A stretch of 40,669 nt of DNA, taken from sequence record DRR723986_599. The stretch is one strand, 5' to 3'. Both the position numbers and the translations under genes were made by a program. Shown here in pieces: positions 37,905 through 40,669 of the stretch. Below the pieces are notes generated by a model. That model searched no databases. It was not told the DNA's origin and was given only the letters and a program-made list of their open reading frames with translations. The first letter of the stretch is position 1. Each line of letters begins with the position of its first letter.

Positions 37905-38980
37905 ATCGACTTGGCGGACTTGGTTTTAAACGGCGAAGCTTCTTGGCGGGCGCTGCTGCAGGTGCTTGTTCGTTGGCGGTTCGACCTGCGCACGGACGCA
38001 GCTCGGAAACGATTATCGGCGAAGGTGAGTTTAAATACCGGGTTCACCATCACTGGCCCGAATTGCCCAGTAAGTTCACATGGCAGACGACTCACAATGT
38101 GGCCGTCGATTCAGCCCAGAACTTATACGTGATTCATGAGGGGCTTGAGAAGCAGAAGGATCATCCTTCGATTTTTGTTTTCGACGTTGACGGAAAATTC
38201 GTTCGCGCCTTTGGAAGTCAGTTCCAGGGAGGCGGTCACGGTCTGGAAGTTCGTCAAGAAGACGGCGAAGAGTTTCTGTACGTTACCGCCTACCAGCAAG
38301 TGAAGAGTTTTGCCAAGCTGAGTTTAAAGGGTGAGGTGGTCTGGCAGAATTTTGCCCCGATGGAAAGTGGTGTTTACGCTGAGGGTGAAGCTACGAATCC
38401 GAAACGGATTTGGGGGCAGGATCGTTTCATGCCAACTAACTTTGCCTTTACCGACGACGGCGGGTTCTTCCTGGCCGACGGATACGGATCGTTCCACATT
38501 CACCGTTACGATGCCGACGGAAATTGGCTACGCAGCTTTGGTGGTCCCGGGGCTGGGGAAGGAACCTTCAAGACACCGCATGGTCTTTGGATTGACCGCC
38601 GCGGTGATTCGCCAGTCATGATTGTCACGGATCGAGCGCACAATACGTTGCAGCGATTCGACCTAGACGGAAAGTACCTCGGGACTCAGACCGGATTCGG
38701 CTTGCCAGCAAACGTTGATATCCAGGGTGACTTGGTCCTCGTGCCCGAGTTGGTTGCCCGGGTGACGATCCTGGGCAAGGACAATCAGGTCGTGGCCCAG
38801 CTTGGTGATGATGTCAGCCGGATCTCTGCGGACAAGTCGAAGGCTATCCGAAAAGATGAATCGAAATGGCTCGACGGAAAATTCGTTCACCCTCACGATG
38901 CGTGTTTCGCTCCCGACGGCAGTATTTTCGTCGCCGAATGGGTTGGCAGTGGTAGGGTGACCAAGCTAGAGAAGCTCTAG
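37901..38980 (+). CDS. Tat-exported NHL-repeat beta-propeller protein (peptidylglycine-lyase-like)
   Basis: KRRSFLAG Tat motif; THNVAVD, GGGHG, PTN, ADGYG, TPHG, HPHDACF. ATGA overlap with the upstream stop. Confidence 0.85.
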   Translation: MNRLGGLGFKRRSFLAGAAAGACSLAVRPAHGRSSETIIGEGEFKYRVHHHWPELPSKFTWQTTHNVAVDSAQNLYVIHEGLEKQKDHPSIFVFDVDGKFVRAFGSQFQGGGHGLEVRQEDGEEFLYVTAYQQVKSFAKLSLKGEVVWQNFAPMESGVYAEGEATNPKRIWGQDRFMPTNFAFTDDGGFFLADGYGSFHIHRYDADGNWLRSFGGPGAGEGTFKTPHGLWIDRRGDSPVMIVTDRAHNTLQRFDLDGKYLGTQTGFGLPANVDIQGDLVLVPELVARVTILGKDNQVVAQLGDDVSRISADKSKAIRKDESKWLDGKFVHPHDACFAPDGSIFVAEWVGSGRVTKLEKL

Positions 38981-39067
38981 TGGCGTGGTAGCGGGAAATT
39001 TGTTGGCTTTTGAGGCCCGCAAATCGGCTGAGGTTTATATTCGCCTTCCGCGTACCGCTATGGGGGC

Positions 39068-39073
39068 TATAAT
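39068..39073 (+). promoter_or_regulatory. Possible sigma70 -10 element for the downstream large ORF
   Basis: Perfect TATAAT in intergenic DNA; the -35 region is weak. Confidence 0.35.
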
Positions 39074-39340
39074 CACGCCGGAATACGCGTGCAGCTACCG
39101 GATTCGAGCGAGCTTGTAGGAAGAATTGAGCTTACAGACTCGAAACCGAGCAGTGGATCCACGACGAGCGTTCCGAGTGCGGAAGAAGTTGGGCACTCTG
39201 CCAGCTCGTAGATTTTGCCGTAAACAGTGCATTTGAGCTGAGTAAAGCTCGTCCACGTAGACGCGTTCCAAGACTGCGAAGCCCCCCCTTAAGTGGGCTG
39301 ACGCGAACCAAACCGAACAATACACGAGAGTAAGCCGCGA

Positions 39341-40669
39341 ATGGCAGATCACTGGAAATCACTACAGAGCAAGCTTGGCGCGCCGGGCATCGAAGACGAA
39401 GTTGAAACGCAACAGCCCGAAGAATCGCCTGCAGAAGAGAATGCTCATGCGAATCCCGAGCCTGCGCCCGAAATTGACGCAGAAATCGATGCTGAGCCCG
39501 AGAGTTCTGCTTCCGACGAAAGCGAACCTCTGCCAGCAGAACCCCGAGCGTCAAAACCAAAGGCCAAGAAGAAGCCGCGGCGCGATGGTTTTGCTGAGTT
39601 GTTGGGAGAAGATGCTGATGTGTCGGGTGACGACGATGGGCCAGTAGGCTTTCTGCCGGAAGAGCCCGAAGACGACGCAGAGGAAGAAGCTGCCTCGGTT
39701 GAAACGGACCAAGTCGAGCAGCCACGTGCGGAAGTTGCACCTCCCCAGCCAGCCAAGCCTCCAGCAGCCAAGAGTTCTCCGAAGAAGAAGCGTTCCAGTT
39801 GGGAACACTTGGCCAGGATGTTTGGGCGAGGCGGAGCGGAGGATGACGAGGAGGCTGGTGACGAAGAAGCCAGTTCGCCAGACGAAATCAGCGATGAGAT
39901 CGCAGACCCGATTTCACAGGTCCTGGCTAGCGAAGACACCGATGATGCTGGCAACGCTGTGTTGGATGAGATGTTTGCCGAAGCAGAGCGTGATGCTCCG
40001 ACAGGCTTCAAGGCCCAGCCACGCGTGATCGAAGATGTCGATTGGGACATGGACGACCAAGGGCTTTCGTTTAAGAAATCTGATGATCGCGAGCCGCCAC
40101 GCAAGAGCAAGGCAGCCGACCTTGACGGATTGACCGAGTCGGTCGAGCCAAGCATTGAAGGCCGTGGGGATGTCGAAGGCCGCGATAATGGCTCTGGTGA
40201 GGATGACGATGAAGAAGCTCGCGGTGGACGTCGAGGTGGGAGACGCCGTCGCCGTCGCCGCCGAGGTGGAGACGATGATCGAGGTTCTGAAGAATCAAGA
40301 GGCCGCGAACCTCGAGGAGATGACGAAGATCGCTCGCGAGGCAGTCGTCGACGAGATGAGGATGAGCCTAAGGATCGATCACTGAGCTTCCGTGACGACG
40401 ATGAAGCACAAGATCGTGATTCCGAGGCAGAATCGCGTCCACGCAGGCCTGCTGGACGTCGGCGGCCCGCCGAAACGACAAGTCGGGATGGTGACGGCGA
40501 AGAAAGCGAAACAGTTACCCGTCGAAGCAATCGTCGGCGTCGACGAGGGCGGAATCGCGAAGAAGAAGAGATTCAGTCGGATCTCGAGTCGGTGGCTGAG
40601 GTTGAAGAGCCAAGGCGTCGCCGACGCGGTGGACGAGACGAAGATCGCGGGCGAGGTGAAGATCGCGGG
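39341..40669 (+). CDS. Long acidic/Arg-rich intrinsically disordered protein (3'-partial, absent from the ORF track)
   Basis: Hand translation MADHWKSLQSKLGAPGIEDEVETQQ... stays open for 443 codons to the window end. The listed minus-strand Ser-rich ORF 39445..40530 is its antisense shadow. Confidence 0.85.
   Translation, partial: MADHWKSLQSKLGAPGIEDEVETQQPEESPAEENAHANPEPAPEIDAEIDAEPESSASDESEPLPAEPRASKPKAKKKPRRDGFAELLGEDADVSGDDDGPVGFLPEEPEDDAEEEAASVETDQVEQPRAEVAPPQPAKPPAAKSSPKKKRSSWEHLARMFGRGGAEDDEEAGDEEASSPDEISDEIADPISQVLASEDTDDAGNAVLDEMFAEAERDAPTGFKAQPRVIEDVDWDMDDQGLSFKKSDDREPPRKSKAADLDGLTESVEPSIEGRGDVEGRDNGSGEDDDEEARGGRRGGRRRRRRRRGGDDDRGSEESRGREPRGDDEDRSRGSRRRDEDEPKDRSLSFRDDDEAQDRDSEAESRPRRPAGRRRPAETTSRDGDGEESETVTRRSNRRRRRGRNREEEEIQSDLESVAEVEEPRRRRRGGRDEDRGRGEDRG

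Noticed and set aside
39445-40530. 361-aa Ser-rich minus-strand ORF
   Set aside because: Antisense shadow of the Glu/Asp/Arg-rich + strand gene starting at 39341.

Overview
This is a 40.7-kb bacterial chromosomal window with moderately high GC. The gene set suggests a planctomycete, Pirellulaceae-like (DUF3500 protein, HTH-PTS IIA fusion, OprO/P-type porin, EboE, Cys-rich secreted proteins, long TlpA-like proteins); this taxonomy is an inference. Most of the window is housekeeping or envelope genes: two tandem metallophosphoesterases, tsaB, a divergent Mur-ligase-like gene, mgtE, dapA, pdxJ, glutaminyl cyclase, eboE, an M1 peptidase with a DUF6702-like partner, cinA, aroA, nagB-nagA, a porin, an LMW-PTP, tdh-kbl, an AlkA-like glycosylase and a Tat-exported NHL protein. 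Four things are not explained by the ORF track. (1) A ~345-nt multi-domain structured element at 6727-7071 on the + strand, with G-U-supported stems, a possible loop pseudoknot, an exposed anti-SD-like tract and its own terminator; it is the best candidate for an undescribed ncRNA. (2) A REP-associated tyrosine transposase (18352-19017) flanked by five GTCG-tagged REP palindromes. (3) A tiny, internally deleted type I restriction hsdR relic (18081-18218) next to those REPs. (4) A >443-codon acidic/Arg-rich disordered protein starting at 39341 that runs off the window end. All family assignments come from motif recognition by eye; no searches or folding programs were run. No rRNA, tRNA or CRISPR array was seen.
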